Part shown: positions 18,986-28,528 of the stretch, piece by piece
Position numbering within the stretch: the first letter of the stretch is position 1
How the letters are laid out: each line of letters opens with the position of its first letter
Assembly (NCBI GenBank): GCA_026391695.1
Contig: JAPLDP010000089.1
Span: forward strand, 5,042 to 69,041
Direction: 5' to 3'
DNA length: 64,000 nt
DNA from: Bacteroidota bacterium
Lineage (GTDB): Bacteria; Bacteroidota; Bacteroidia; Bacteroidales; JAGONC01
The notes under the pieces: model-generated
What the model saw: the letters and a program-made list of their open reading frames with translations, nothing else
What the model was told of the DNA's origin: nothing
The model's database searches: none
Made by a program: the position numbers and the translations under genes

Positions 18986-19014
18986 CGATATCAAAGTCCA
19001 TATATCTCAAGCTT

Positions 19015-20016
19015 ATGAAGATCATTCAGAATAGCCTCATAGCCACTGCTCTTATACTTGTCATTGCCTGTAACCATCAAAATAAAAGCTGGAAAGATCC
19101 GGATATTTCCGGCGTCCCTATCAGTGATGTCATGATCAAACGTTATGAAAAAGCCCTTTTCACAATCGATAAAAAACAGCTGAAAACTGAACTTTTAAAA
19201 ATTGCCGGCGATTATCAGGTCTTTCTTAAAGGCGATCTGGATGACACCCTGAATCTTCTCCAGTTATCCAATTATATTACCGATCCTTTGCTGATCAGCA
19301 TATATGACACAACAATAGAGAGGTATCCGGATATGAAGGATACCGAAAAGCAGCTGACAACAGCCTTCAGATACTATATATATTATTTTCCTGAAAAACC
19401 TGTACCGCATGTTTATACTTTCATTTCCGGACTGGATTACGAGATACCGGCTATCTTTCTTGACACGGCGCTGCTTATTGCCATTGACATGTACCTTGGC
19501 CAGGATTATAAGCCTTACGGAGAACTGGGGCTGCCGGCATATATGATCAGCAGGTTCAGTGAAAAGTACCTGGTTAGTGATTGTATGAATGAAATTGCAG
19601 CCAGTCTGATGCAAAATACGCCCTGTGGCAACAGCATGCTCGACCAGATGGTTTATGAAGGAAAGAGGCTGATGCTGCTCGATGCCTTCCTCCCTCAGGT
19701 GGCTGATGATATTAAAATCAAATATACACCGGAACAACTGGAATGGTGCAGGAAGAACGAAGCCAACCTGTGGAAGTTCATCATTGAGAATGAGTTACTC
19801 TATTCTACCGATATTCAGGTCATCAACAAATTTTTCGTCGACGGCCCCTTCACCCACGGATTTGAATCCTCACCGCCGCGGCTTGGAGCCTGGCTGGGCT
19901 GGCAGATCATCAGGTCCTATATGGAAAAACAGAAGGATGTGAACATGAAAACACTTCTGGATGAGGCTGATGCCCAGAAAATACTTACCACATCGAGATA
20001 TAAACCCCGGCGATAG
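19015..20016 (+). CDS. gldB: Gliding-motility lipoprotein GldB
   Basis: Lipoprotein signal (ALILVIACN). The C-terminal region YTPEQLEWCRKNEANLWKFIIENELLYS...PPRLGAWLGWQIIRSYM...SRYKPRR matches my recollection of F. johnsoniae GldB. The neighbourhood with nadE is also as in Flavobacterium. Confidence 0.65.
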   Translation: MKIIQNSLIATALILVIACNHQNKSWKDPDISGVPISDVMIKRYEKALFTIDKKQLKTELLKIAGDYQVFLKGDLDDTLNLLQLSNYITDPLLISIYDTTIERYPDMKDTEKQLTTAFRYYIYYFPEKPVPHVYTFISGLDYEIPAIFLDTALLIAIDMYLGQDYKPYGELGLPAYMISRFSEKYLVSDCMNEIAASLMQNTPCGNSMLDQMVYEGKRLMLLDAFLPQVADDIKIKYTPEQLEWCRKNEANLWKFIIENELLYSTDIQVINKFFVDGPFTHGFESSPPRLGAWLGWQIIRSYMEKQKDVNMKTLLDEADAQKILTTSRYKPRR

Positions 20017-20096
20017 GGCTGAATTTACTAACACCAGGGTCACAATAAGTCATTTTAATGATTAATGGTAGAGATGCATCAAACACCTTTACCTTT

Positions 20097-21638
20097 ATGT
20101 TAGTCAAGACTTATGGCAGTGCCCTGTATGGCATCAATGCAATCACCATCACCATTGAGGTGAATATTGACGACGGTATCAACTTTTTCATGGTCGGATT
20201 GCCGGATAATGCTGTCAAAGAAAGTCACCAGCGTATCGAGTCGGCATTGAAAAATATCGGCTATAAAATACCCGGGAAAAAGATCGTTATCAATATGGCT
20301 CCGGCTGATATCCGTAAAGAGGGCTCGTCGTACGACCTGACCATCGCCCTCGGCATCCTGGCAGCCTCCGGCCAGATTAAGACCGACCATATCCATGAGT
20401 ATATCATCATGGGAGAGCTATCTCTCGATGGAGGCATTCACCCCATTAAAGGAGCATTACCCATAGCCATCGAAGTCAAGAAAAAGGGATTCAAGGGATT
20501 CATCCTTCCGCGACTGAATGCAAAGGAAGCAGCAATTGTGAGTGACATTGATGTATATGGCGTGGAGAATATCATCGACGTAATACATTTTTTTAATGAG
20601 GAGGCCCGTCTGGAGCCGGTAAGGGTGAATGCACGTGAGGAGTTCGCGTATAGGCTCAATGATTACGAGTTTGACTTTGCCGATGTAAAAGGACAGGAAA
20701 ACATCAAACGTGCTTTGGAGATTGCCGCTGCTGGAGGGCATAACATCATTCTTATAGGCCCGCCGGGCGCCGGTAAAACCATGCTCGCCAAACGCCTGCC
20801 ATCAATATTGCCACCCCTCAACCTGCATGAAGCACTGGAAACAACTAAAATTCATTCTGTGGCAGGTAAAATGGCCAGGGACTCGTCATTAATAACTGTC
20901 AGACCCTTCCGTTCACCACATCATACCATCAGTGATGCAGGCCTTGTCGGAGGTGGCACCTTCCCGCAGCCCGGTGAGATATCCCTGGCTCATAATGGCG
21001 TCCTGTTCCTTGATGAACTGCCGGAATTCAAACATTCCGCCCTTGAAGTCATGCGCCAGCCCATGGAAGATCGTGTGGTCACCATATCGCGTGCTAAATA
21101 CAGCATGGATTACCCGGCCAGCTTCATGCTGGTGGCAGCCATGAACCCCTGCCCATGCGGTTATTATAACCATCCCGACAAGCCCTGTGTCTGCCCGCCG
21201 GGAATGGTGCAGAAATATATTCATAAAATATCAGGCCCCCTTATGGATAGAATAGACCTGCATGTTGAGGTCACACCTGTCCCCTTTAGAGAACTTAGCA
21301 AAGAACGAAACTCCGAAAACAGCGTTCAGATCAGAAACAGGGTTGTGGCAGCCAGAAGTATACAAGAACAAAGATATCATCAGGATAAAGGGATTTATTG
21401 CAATGCACAGATGACCTCACAGCAGATAAGAAAAATCTGTAAAATAAAAGAAGAAGGGGAACAGATACTCAAGACCGCTATGGAGAAGCTGTCTCTCTCG
21501 GCCCGGGCATATAACCGCATACTCAAGGTTTCCAGAACAATAGCCGACCTGGAGAAGTCCGACGACATTGAAGCACATCACCTGGCCGAAGCCATTCAAT
21601 ACCGCAGCCTGGACCGCGAAACATGGGGAATGAGCTAA
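20097..21638 (+). CDS. comM: YifB/ComM family Mg-chelatase-like AAA+ ATPase
   Basis: Starts [15 protein letters not shown]. Lon-like N-terminal domain, Walker [20 protein letters not shown], and a C-terminal ChlI-like region. Confidence 0.85.
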   Translation: MLVKTYGSALYGINAITITIEVNIDDGINFFMVGLPDNAVKESHQRIESALKNIGYKIPGKKIVINMAPADIRKEGSSYDLTIALGILAASGQIKTDHIHEYIIMGELSLDGGIHPIKGALPIAIEVKKKGFKGFILPRLNAKEAAIVSDIDVYGVENIIDVIHFFNEEARLEPVRVNAREEFAYRLNDYEFDFADVKGQENIKRALEIAAAGGHNIILIGPPGAGKTMLAKRLPSILPPLNLHEALETTKIHSVAGKMARDSSLITVRPFRSPHHTISDAGLVGGGTFPQPGEISLAHNGVLFLDELPEFKHSALEVMRQPMEDRVVTISRAKYSMDYPASFMLVAAMNPCPCGYYNHPDKPCVCPPGMVQKYIHKISGPLMDRIDLHVEVTPVPFRELSKERNSENSVQIRNRVVAARSIQEQRYHQDKGIYCNAQMTSQQIRKICKIKEEGEQILKTAMEKLSLSARAYNRILKVSRTIADLEKSDDIEAHHLAEAIQYRSLDRETWGMS

Positions 21639-21646
21639 AGACCTGC

Positions 21647-21667
21647 AATCCCGACTGCGTCGGGATT
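21647..21667 (+). terminator. Hairpin aatcccga(c)-tgc-(g)tcgggatt, 8 nt after the comM stop
   Basis: Read directly: 8-9 bp stem, 3-5 nt loop. It has the same atcccga stem core as the hairpin at 3650. There is no clean T-tract. Confidence 0.45.
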
Positions 21668-21687
21668 TCGCTCGGCTTCGCCTCGCT

Positions 21688-21722
21688 CAACCTGCAACCT
21701 GAAACTTGCAACTTGCAACTTG
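21688..21722. repeat. Five tandem heptamers: caacctg caacctg aaacttg caacttg caacttg
   Basis: Read directly. It lies 45-85 nt upstream of the -7 box of the next gene. Confidence 0.8.
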
Positions 21723-21766
21723 TATCTTTTATCACTCCAATAATATAACATTATCACAATTCTTTT

Positions 21767-21774
21767 TAACTTTG
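21767..21774 (+). promoter_or_regulatory. Candidate -7 box TAACTTTG for the ABC ATPase gene
   Basis: Lies 24 nt upstream of the ATG at 21799. Confidence 0.45.
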
Positions 21775-21798
21775 ACATTCCATAAAAAACGAAAATAT

Positions 21799-22530
21799 AT
21801 GACTAAGGACTTCATCAAGTTTATCGACGTCACCCGCCATTATAAACTTGGAACCGAGATCGTCAAAGCCCTCAGGGGTATCACACTTGACATAGCTAAG
21901 AATGAATATGTGGCCCTCATGGGACCGTCGGGTTCCGGTAAATCGACACTGATGAATATCCTCGGATGCCTCGATACACCAACATCCGGAAGCTATTTAC
22001 TCAATGGTAACGATGTCAGTAAAATGAATGATAATTCCCTGGCAGAAATACGGAATAAAGAAATTGGTTTTGTGTTTCAGACCTTCAATCTTTTGCCACG
22101 CTCCACAGCTCTCGAAAATGTCATGCTGCCTCAGATTTATGCCGGTATTAACAAAGCCAAACGGACGGAAAGAGCCACGGAGGTGCTGACAAGTGTGAAC
22201 TTGAGCGATAGGATACGTCATAAACCTAATGAATTGTCAGGCGGAGAACGACAAAGAATAGCTATCGCCAGGGCGCTTGTCAACCATCCATCACTGATAC
22301 TTGCCGATGAACCCACAGGAAACCTCGACACAAAGACGTCGATTGAGATTATGGGACTCCTCGAAGAAATTCACAATGCCGGTAACACCATTATGGTGGT
22401 GACCCATGAAGAATACATTGCCCGCCATGCACATCGTATCATCCGTTTAAGAGACGGCATGGTCGAGTCGGATGAAATAAATCCCGATATCATCACTATG
22501 GAGCATTATAAAACTGAAGTTACTTCATAA
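21799..22530 (+). CDS. ABC transporter ATP-binding protein (MacB/LolD/FtsE-like)
   Basis: Walker [10 protein letters not shown], signature LSGGERQR, Walker [12 protein letters not shown]. The ORF-track start at 21706 is a TTG inside the heptamer repeat, so I use ATG 21799 ([11 protein letters not shown]). Confidence 0.85.
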   Translation: MTKDFIKFIDVTRHYKLGTEIVKALRGITLDIAKNEYVALMGPSGSGKSTLMNILGCLDTPTSGSYLLNGNDVSKMNDNSLAEIRNKEIGFVFQTFNLLPRSTALENVMLPQIYAGINKAKRTERATEVLTSVNLSDRIRHKPNELSGGERQRIAIARALVNHPSLILADEPTGNLDTKTSIEIMGLLEEIHNAGNTIMVVTHEEYIARHAHRIIRLRDGMVESDEINPDIITMEHYKTEVTS

Positions 22531-22614
22531 TAAGAAATGAAAACTTTTCTCTTTTTACATTGTTTTACTGTTGAATTTCACTAATTTTCTATCCTGATTT
22601 ATTGACTGTCTCAC

Positions 22615-23178
22615 ATGAATGACGGATTTAAAATATACACCAAAAAAGGCGACAAAGGAGAAACATCGCTGATTGGTGGCAAGAGAGTTCCAAAATTTCA
22701 TGACCGTATTGAAGCCTATGGCACTTTAGACGAGCTGAATTGCTATATCGGTCTCATCCGCGATCAGGACACTGATATGCATACCAGGGAAATGCTCATT
22801 GAAATCCAGGACCGGCTGTTTACCGCCGAATCCCTGCTTGCTGCCGATAATCCCACCTCACTTGCATCACTGCCACACCTCTTCGAAGATGATGTGACCC
22901 TGTTGGAAAACGAAATCGACAAAATGAATGAACAGTTGCCTGCGATAAAAAATTTCATCCTTCCCGGTGGTCACATCACGGTATCGCATACCCATGTGGC
23001 CCGATGCATATGCCGCCGTGCTGAGAGGCTTACCGTAAGGCTGGCTCAGCATTTTGATGTAGATGAACTGATCATTAAATATCTCAATCGCTTGTCGGAT
23101 TACCTGTTTGTCCTGGCCAGAAAATTCACACACGATTTTAAAGTCACTGAAATCCCTTGGAAGGCTAGAATGACATGA
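22615..23178 (+). CDS. pduO: ATP:cob(I)alamin adenosyltransferase, PduO type
   Basis: IYTKKGDKGETSL N-terminus and the pattern of the four-helix PduO/MMAB family. Confidence 0.85.
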   Translation: MNDGFKIYTKKGDKGETSLIGGKRVPKFHDRIEAYGTLDELNCYIGLIRDQDTDMHTREMLIEIQDRLFTAESLLAADNPTSLASLPHLFEDDVTLLENEIDKMNEQLPAIKNFILPGGHITVSHTHVARCICRRAERLTVRLAQHFDVDELIIKYLNRLSDYLFVLARKFTHDFKVTEIPWKARMT

Positions 23179-23234
23179 CTTTCCGGCAATTTTTTAATAA
23201 TTTTTCATTTTGTTCTTTGTTTTTAAAAAAAAAT

Positions 23235-23242
23235 TACTTTTG
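23235..23242 (+). promoter_or_regulatory. Candidate -7 box TACTTTTG for the DUF2795-like gene
   Basis: Lies 29 nt upstream of the ATG at 23272. Confidence 0.45.
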
Positions 23243-23271
23243 CAAAAATTTACTTATAAAATCTCCTGAAT

Positions 23272-23493
23272 ATGTATTGGACTCTGGAATTGGCTTCAAA
23301 ACTGGAAGATGCACCATGGCCTGCTACAAAAGACGAACTGGTAGATTATTGCATCAGATCAGGCGCACCTCAGGAAGTGATCGAGAACCTCCAGGAAATT
23401 GAAGATGAAGGGGAGGTATATGAAAGTATTGAGGACTTGTGGCCTGATTATCCTACTAAAGAGGATTTTTTCTTTCATGAGGACGAATACTAA
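23272..23493 (+). CDS. Small acidic DUF2795-like protein
   Basis: 73 aa: WPATKDELVDYCIRSGAPQEVIENLQEIEDEG. The family name is from memory. The gene has its own -7 box. Confidence 0.6.
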   Translation: MYWTLELASKLEDAPWPATKDELVDYCIRSGAPQEVIENLQEIEDEGEVYESIEDLWPDYPTKEDFFFHEDEY

Positions 23494-23615
23494 ATAATTG
23501 ACAATTTCTAAATTTAAGGTTTAACATTAAATCCTTTCCCCTTCTGCCTTCCACTTTACCCGGTACTCTCTTCCTGTTTCTATTGTTGTTTTATCGATGT
23601 TTTCACTTTTTAACT

Positions 23616-23623
23616 TAAATTTG
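23616..23623 (+). promoter_or_regulatory. Candidate -7 box TAAATTTG for secA (implies a ~115-nt leader)
   Basis: This is the only TAnnTTTG match in the 254-nt spacer. It lies 124 nt upstream of the secA ATG. Confidence 0.3.
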
Positions 23624-23747
23624 CCTGTCTTTATTAATTCGTGAAATATTAGCTGTATGTCAATGTGACATGATAATTCTAGCGGAATGATACTTGATAA
23701 AGCCGAGCTGTTCTATATTTTCTGCATAGTTATTTAAGATTTACACA

Positions 23748-26700
23748 ATGGCGAGTTTCCTTTCAAAGTTCCTGGGCAGTAAATCGGATAGGGATATCAA
23801 AATCATCATGCCGGCAGTGCAAACGATCCGGCAGGCATATGAAGCCATCAAGGAATTGAATAATGATGAATTGCGGGCTAAAACCCTTGAATTCAGAACC
23901 AGAATTTACGATTATATCAGCGATGAAGAGAATGAAATCAAAAAATTAAAAGAAAAGGCTGAAAATAATCCTGACCTCGATACAGAAGAAAAAGAGAAAC
24001 TTTACAATGCTGTCGATCAGCTTGAAAAAGACAGTTATCGCAAAACACAGGAAATCCTCGATGAAATTCTTCCCGAAGCATTTGCAGTGATGAAAGAAAC
24101 TGCACGCCGGTTTAAGGAAAATGAATACATCGAAGTCACTGCCACTGACATGGACCGTGACCTGGCCTCCAGATTCGACAGCATCAACATCACCGGTCAA
24201 AAAGCCCGGTATTTTAACAAGTGGATGGCCGGCGGTAATTTGATCACATGGGATATGACACACTATGATGTCCAACTTATCGGTGGCATCGTCCTGCACC
24301 AGGGAAAAATTGCAGAAATGGCCACAGGTGAAGGGAAAACGCTGGTAGCCACCCTGCCGGTATACCTCAATGCCTTGCCAGGTAAAGGCGTTCATATTGT
24401 CACTGTTAATGATTATCTGGCAAAAAGAGACTCTGAATGGATGGGCATGCTGTATCAGTTCCATGGGCTTAAAGTGGATTGTATCGATAAACATGAACCC
24501 AATTCCAATGAACGCCGCGATGCTTATCTTGCTGACATCACCTTTGGAACAAATAACGAATTCGGCTTTGACTACCTCAGGGATAATATGACCGGCAACC
24601 CTGATGAACTCGTGCAGCGCCCGCATTATTATTCTATCGTCGACGAGGTCGACTCCGTTTTGATTGATGATGCCCGTACACCTCTTATCATTTCAGGACC
24701 AACTCCAAAAGGAGACACCCAGGAATTTGATGTACTCAAACCGAATATCCTGAAACTATATAATGCCCAGAAAACCCTTGTCACCAAGATCCTGGCTGAG
24801 GCTAAACAATTAATGCAAAGCAGCGATAATGCCGAAAATGAAAAGAAAGTCGGGGAACAGGTATTCCGGTCTTACCGTGGTCTTCCTAAAAATAAAGCCT
24901 TAATAAAGTTCCTGAGCGAAGAAGGGATCAGAACCCTGATGCAGAAAACCGAAAATTTCTATCTTCAGGAACAGGCCAAAAACATGCATATCATCGATGA
25001 TGAACTGTTCTTCGTAATCGATGAACAACATAACTCCATTGACCTGACGGAAAAGGGTATTGACCTGCTGAATGAAGAATATGATGATCCGAGTTTTTTC
25101 ATTATGCCGGATATCGGTGCAGAGATTGCTGAACTCGAACGTTCCAGCCTCTCCGAAGCACAACGATTGGAGCGGAAAAATGTAATGATGCAGGACTTTT
25201 CAGTCAAATCCGACCGCATCCACACGGTTAACCAACTGCTCAAAGCCTACGCTCTCTTTGAAAAGGATGTCGAATACGTTATCATGGATAATAAGATCAA
25301 GATCGTCGATGAACAAACAGGACGTATTCTTGAAGGCCGGCGGTATTCCGATGGATTGCACCAGGCTATCGAAGCAAAAGAAAATGTCAAGGTGGAAGCT
25401 GCCACCCAGACTTACGCCACAATCACACTCCAGAATTATTTCAGGATGTATAAAAAACTGGCCGGTATGACCGGAACAGCTGAAACAGAAGCTGGTGAGT
25501 TGTGGAACATCTATAAGCTCGATGTGGTGGTTATCCCCACAAACCGGCCGGTCGTCAGGGATGACAGAGAAGACATGGTTTACAAAACAAAAAGAGAAAA
25601 ATTCAATGCCGTTATTGATGACATTGCGAAACTCATCAACATAGGCCGACCGGTTCTTGTTGGTACCACATCTGTTGAAACATCCGAACTGCTAAGCCGC
25701 ATGCTCAAAATGAGGGGCATAAAGCATAATGTACTGAATGCCAAGCTGCATCAGAGAGAGGCACAGATTGTCCTGGAAGCCGGCCAGGCCGGTACGGTAA
25801 CCATCGCCACAAATATGGCAGGACGTGGTACTGACATTAAGCTGGGGCCTGGTGTGAAAGAAGCCGGCGGCCTGGCTATCATCGGCACCGAACGCCATGA
25901 ATCACGTCGTGTCGACCGCCAGTTGCGTGGCCGCTCCGGCCGTCAGGGTGACCCCGGCAGCTCCCAGTTCTTTGTCTCGCTCGAAGATGACCTCATGCGC
26001 ATGTTCGGCTCCGAACGTATTGCCAAAATTATGGACCGCCTCGGCATCAAAGACGGTGAAGTCATCCAGCATCCTATGATCACCAAATCTATCGAAAGGG
26101 CACAGAAAAAAGTTGAAGAAAATAACTTCGGCATACGAAAACGACTGCTGGAATACGACGATGTGATGAACTCACAGAGAGAGGTCATCTATAAGAAACG
26201 TCGGCATGCCCTCTATGGCGAACGATTGTCAATCGATATCTCTAATATGATTTATGATGTTTGCGAAAAAATCGTCATCGATTACCAAGATGAACGCGAT
26301 TTCGAAGGATTCAGCCTGGAACTCATCAAGCTTTTTGGCATCGAGTCGCCTTTTAATGAAAAAGAATTCTTCGCACTTAACGGTGAAGAGGCCACAGAAA
26401 AACTTTTCAACATAGTATATAACAATTATCAGGTCAAACGTGAAATGATAGCCACAAAGGTTTACCCTGTCATCAAAGAGGTTTATGAAACACAATCACG
26501 CTATGAGAATATTGCTATCCCGATAACCGATGGACGTAAGGTCATGCAGGTGATCGCCAACCTGAAAAAAGCTTTTGAAACAAATGGGAAAGAAGTACCC
26601 CTGTCCATAGATAAAGGCATCACACTGGCCATGATTGATGAAGCCTGGAAAGAACATCTGCGGGAGATGGATGAACTCCGGCAATCGGTACAATCGGCTA

Positions 26701-27044
26701 CCTATGAACAGAAAGACCCTTTACTTATATACAAATTTGAATCATTCGAGCTGTTTAAAAAAATGCTCGACAAGATTAATAAGGAGAGTATCTCGTTCAT
26801 TATCAAAGGCAATCTGCCTATCCAGGATACAGGGCAGGTGCGTGAAGCAGCACAGGTACGCAGCAGACCTGACATGAGCAAATTGAAGGAAGAACGTACC
26901 GACCTGTTGTCGCAGGCATACAGTAATACTCAGCAGCCACAGAAAACGGGACCCGTAAAGGTTGAGAAAAAGGTTGGACGTAATGATCCCTGCCCTTGCG
27001 GCAGCGGTAAAAAGTATAAGCATTGCCATGGCATCGGTAAATGA
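23748..27044 (+). CDS. secA: Preprotein translocase ATPase SecA
   Basis: [37 protein letters not shown], and the C-terminal zinc motif [14 protein letters not shown]. Confidence 0.97.
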   Translation: MASFLSKFLGSKSDRDIKIIMPAVQTIRQAYEAIKELNNDELRAKTLEFRTRIYDYISDEENEIKKLKEKAENNPDLDTEEKEKLYNAVDQLEKDSYRKTQEILDEILPEAFAVMKETARRFKENEYIEVTATDMDRDLASRFDSINITGQKARYFNKWMAGGNLITWDMTHYDVQLIGGIVLHQGKIAEMATGEGKTLVATLPVYLNALPGKGVHIVTVNDYLAKRDSEWMGMLYQFHGLKVDCIDKHEPNSNERRDAYLADITFGTNNEFGFDYLRDNMTGNPDELVQRPHYYSIVDEVDSVLIDDARTPLIISGPTPKGDTQEFDVLKPNILKLYNAQKTLVTKILAEAKQLMQSSDNAENEKKVGEQVFRSYRGLPKNKALIKFLSEEGIRTLMQKTENFYLQEQAKNMHIIDDELFFVIDEQHNSIDLTEKGIDLLNEEYDDPSFFIMPDIGAEIAELERSSLSEAQRLERKNVMMQDFSVKSDRIHTVNQLLKAYALFEKDVEYVIMDNKIKIVDEQTGRILEGRRYSDGLHQAIEAKENVKVEAATQTYATITLQNYFRMYKKLAGMTGTAETEAGELWNIYKLDVVVIPTNRPVVRDDREDMVYKTKREKFNAVIDDIAKLINIGRPVLVGTTSVETSELLSRMLKMRGIKHNVLNAKLHQREAQIVLEAGQAGTVTIATNMAGRGTDIKLGPGVKEAGGLAIIGTERHESRRVDRQLRGRSGRQGDPGSSQFFVSLEDDLMRMFGSERIAKIMDRLGIKDGEVIQHPMITKSIERAQKKVEENNFGIRKRLLEYDDVMNSQREVIYKKRRHALYGERLSIDISNMIYDVCEKIVIDYQDERDFEGFSLELIKLFGIESPFNEKEFFALNGEEATEKLFNIVYNNYQVKREMIATKVYPVIKEVYETQSRYENIAIPITDGRKVMQVIANLKKAFETNGKEVPLSIDKGITLAMIDEAWKEHLREMDELRQSVQSATYEQKDPLLIYKFESFELFKKMLDKINKESISFIIKGNLPIQDTGQVREAAQVRSRPDMSKLKEERTDLLSQAYSNTQQPQKTGPVKVEKKVGRNDPCPCGSGKKYKHCHGIGK

Positions 27045-27122
27045 CATCCATTCTTATTCGTATGAAAGAAAACTTGAGAAAAAATAATGTAAACCAAATT
27101 ATTAATGATTAATTCCTGATTA

Positions 27123-27830
27123 ATGAAATTCAAGCGTGTTTTACTCAAACTAAGCGGTGAATCACTGATGAGTGCCGATGAAACTGTCGATCCGGGAAAG
27201 TTGGCCGCTTATGCAAATGAAATCAAAAGCATCGCCGATAAAGGTGTGGAAGTGGGCATTGTGATCGGCGGAGGAAATATTTTCAGGGGATCGCTGGGAG
27301 AAAATGACGGCATTGACAGAGTACAGGGTGATTACATGGGCATGCTGGCTACTGTCGTCAATGGTATGGCTTTGCAATGGGCATTGGAAAAAACCGGTAT
27401 CAAAGCTCATGTCCTTTCAGGCCTGAGCGTGGAAAAAGTGACTGAACGCATGAGCCGGCGAAAAGCCATTCAGTATCTTGAACATGGCGATGTAGTAATC
27501 ATTTGTGGCGGCACAGGTAATCCTTTCTTCACGACCGATTCAGCTGCTGTGCTCCGTGCCCTGGAGATAAAAGCTGATGCAGTATTGAAAGGAACCCGCG
27601 TGGATGGCGTATATAACTCCGACCCGGAAAAAAATCCCGCAGCTGCGAAATTTGAACACCTGACCTTTGATGAAGCCATCAGCAAAGACTTGAAAATCAT
27701 GGACCTGACAGCTTTTACCCTCTGCAGGGAAAACAACATGCTGATCATTGTCTTCAACTTCAATATACCCGGAAATCTGCTGAAAGTTTTAACAGGAGAA
27801 AATGTTGGCACTGTCATTAGTAATCACTAG
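27123..27830 (+). CDS. pyrH: UMP kinase
   Basis: KRVLLKLSGE, GGGNIFRG and GTGNPFFTTDSAA motifs. Confidence 0.95.
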   Translation: MKFKRVLLKLSGESLMSADETVDPGKLAAYANEIKSIADKGVEVGIVIGGGNIFRGSLGENDGIDRVQGDYMGMLATVVNGMALQWALEKTGIKAHVLSGLSVEKVTERMSRRKAIQYLEHGDVVIICGGTGNPFFTTDSAAVLRALEIKADAVLKGTRVDGVYNSDPEKNPAAAKFEHLTFDEAISKDLKIMDLTAFTLCRENNMLIIVFNFNIPGNLLKVLTGENVGTVISNH

Positions 27831-27867
27831 TATATTATTTTTGTAGTCATCTATTAAACCGACAGCT

Positions 27868-28431
27868 ATGACAGAAGAATGTCAGTTTTGTCTCGAAGAA
27901 GCCAGGGAAAGTATGTCCAATGCCATCGTACATCTGGAGCGCGAATTCCAGAAGATCAGGGCAGGAAAAGCGACACCCGATATGCTCGACAGCATCAGGA
28001 TCGAATATTATGGCTCTGTAATGCCACTAAGCCAGGTTTCAAATATCAGCACACCCGATGCACGGCAGATCATTGTCCAGCCTTGGGATAAAAGTTTGCT
28101 GGATACCATCGACAAGGCCATCATGGCAGCAAATCTCGGCTTTAACCCCATGAACAATGGTGAAGTGCTGCGCATCATCGTTCCAACGCTGACAGAAGAA
28201 CGCAGAAAGGCACTCGTAAAACAGGCACATAACGAAACCGAAGCTACAAAAGTCAGTATCCGCTCCATCCGACGCATAGCCAACGAAGATGCTAAAAAAC
28301 TAAAAAATGATGGCACTCCCGAAGACGATATTGAAAAGCTGGAAGAACTCATCCAGAAAATGACCGATGATTTCATCGCTAAAGTTGATAAAGTATTGGA
28401 AGCTAAGGAAAAAGATATCATGACGGTCTGA
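27868..28431 (+). CDS. frr: Ribosome recycling factor
   Basis: Typical RRF pattern, including RAGKATPDMLD..., PWDKS and LTEERRKALVK. Confidence 0.95.
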   Translation: MTEECQFCLEEARESMSNAIVHLEREFQKIRAGKATPDMLDSIRIEYYGSVMPLSQVSNISTPDARQIIVQPWDKSLLDTIDKAIMAANLGFNPMNNGEVLRIIVPTLTEERRKALVKQAHNETEATKVSIRSIRRIANEDAKKLKNDGTPEDDIEKLEELIQKMTDDFIAKVDKVLEAKEKDIMTV

Positions 28432-28437
28432 AATTAG

Positions 28438-28470
28438 GATTCCGGTGAATGCATTATCCATGGAATCTTT
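28438..28470 (+). terminator. Imperfect hairpin after frr (gattcc...aatgcatt...ggaatc, then ttt)
   Basis: 6-bp outer stem plus an inner aatgcatt palindrome, read by eye. The T-tract is weak. Confidence 0.3.
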
Positions 28471-28528
28471 CTAACCCTTCAAGCCCAATCCCCTGTTATA
28501 AAAATATTTTTAAAGGAATTAAACCTGT

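Noticed and set aside
18922-19014. N-terminal extension of gldB
   Set aside because: It would start 15 nt from the divergent gene and contain both promoter boxes. The lipoprotein signal peptide begins at the ATG at 19015.
21688-21722. Tandem repeats considered as a CRISPR-like array or minisatellite (also 45183-45216)
   Set aside because: The units are only 7-8 nt, contiguous with no spacers, and no cas genes are present. This is simple slippage-type repeat DNA.
21706-21798. N-terminal extension of the ABC ATPase (ORF-track TTG start)
   Set aside because: The start lies inside the heptamer repeat and upstream of the TAACTTTG box. The extension ([20 protein letters not shown]...) is not part of any ABC ATPase fold. 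ATG 21799 gives a canonical N-terminus.
22531-22614. Looked for riboswitches: cobalamin upstream of pduO, Moco upstream of the moa string, THF/SAM near folP and glyA
   Set aside because: The candidate leaders are too short (39-84 nt) or absent (moeA starts 6 nt after ppk1). I see no conserved riboswitch cores or multi-stem structures.
23175-23402. 75-aa ORF spanning the pduO/DUF2795 spacer
   Set aside because: It overlaps the DUF2795-like gene in another frame, includes its promoter box, and has a low-complexity product.
23946-24626. 226-aa antisense ORF inside secA
   Set aside because: secA on the plus strand is unambiguous (all motifs present). The antisense product has no recognisable features.
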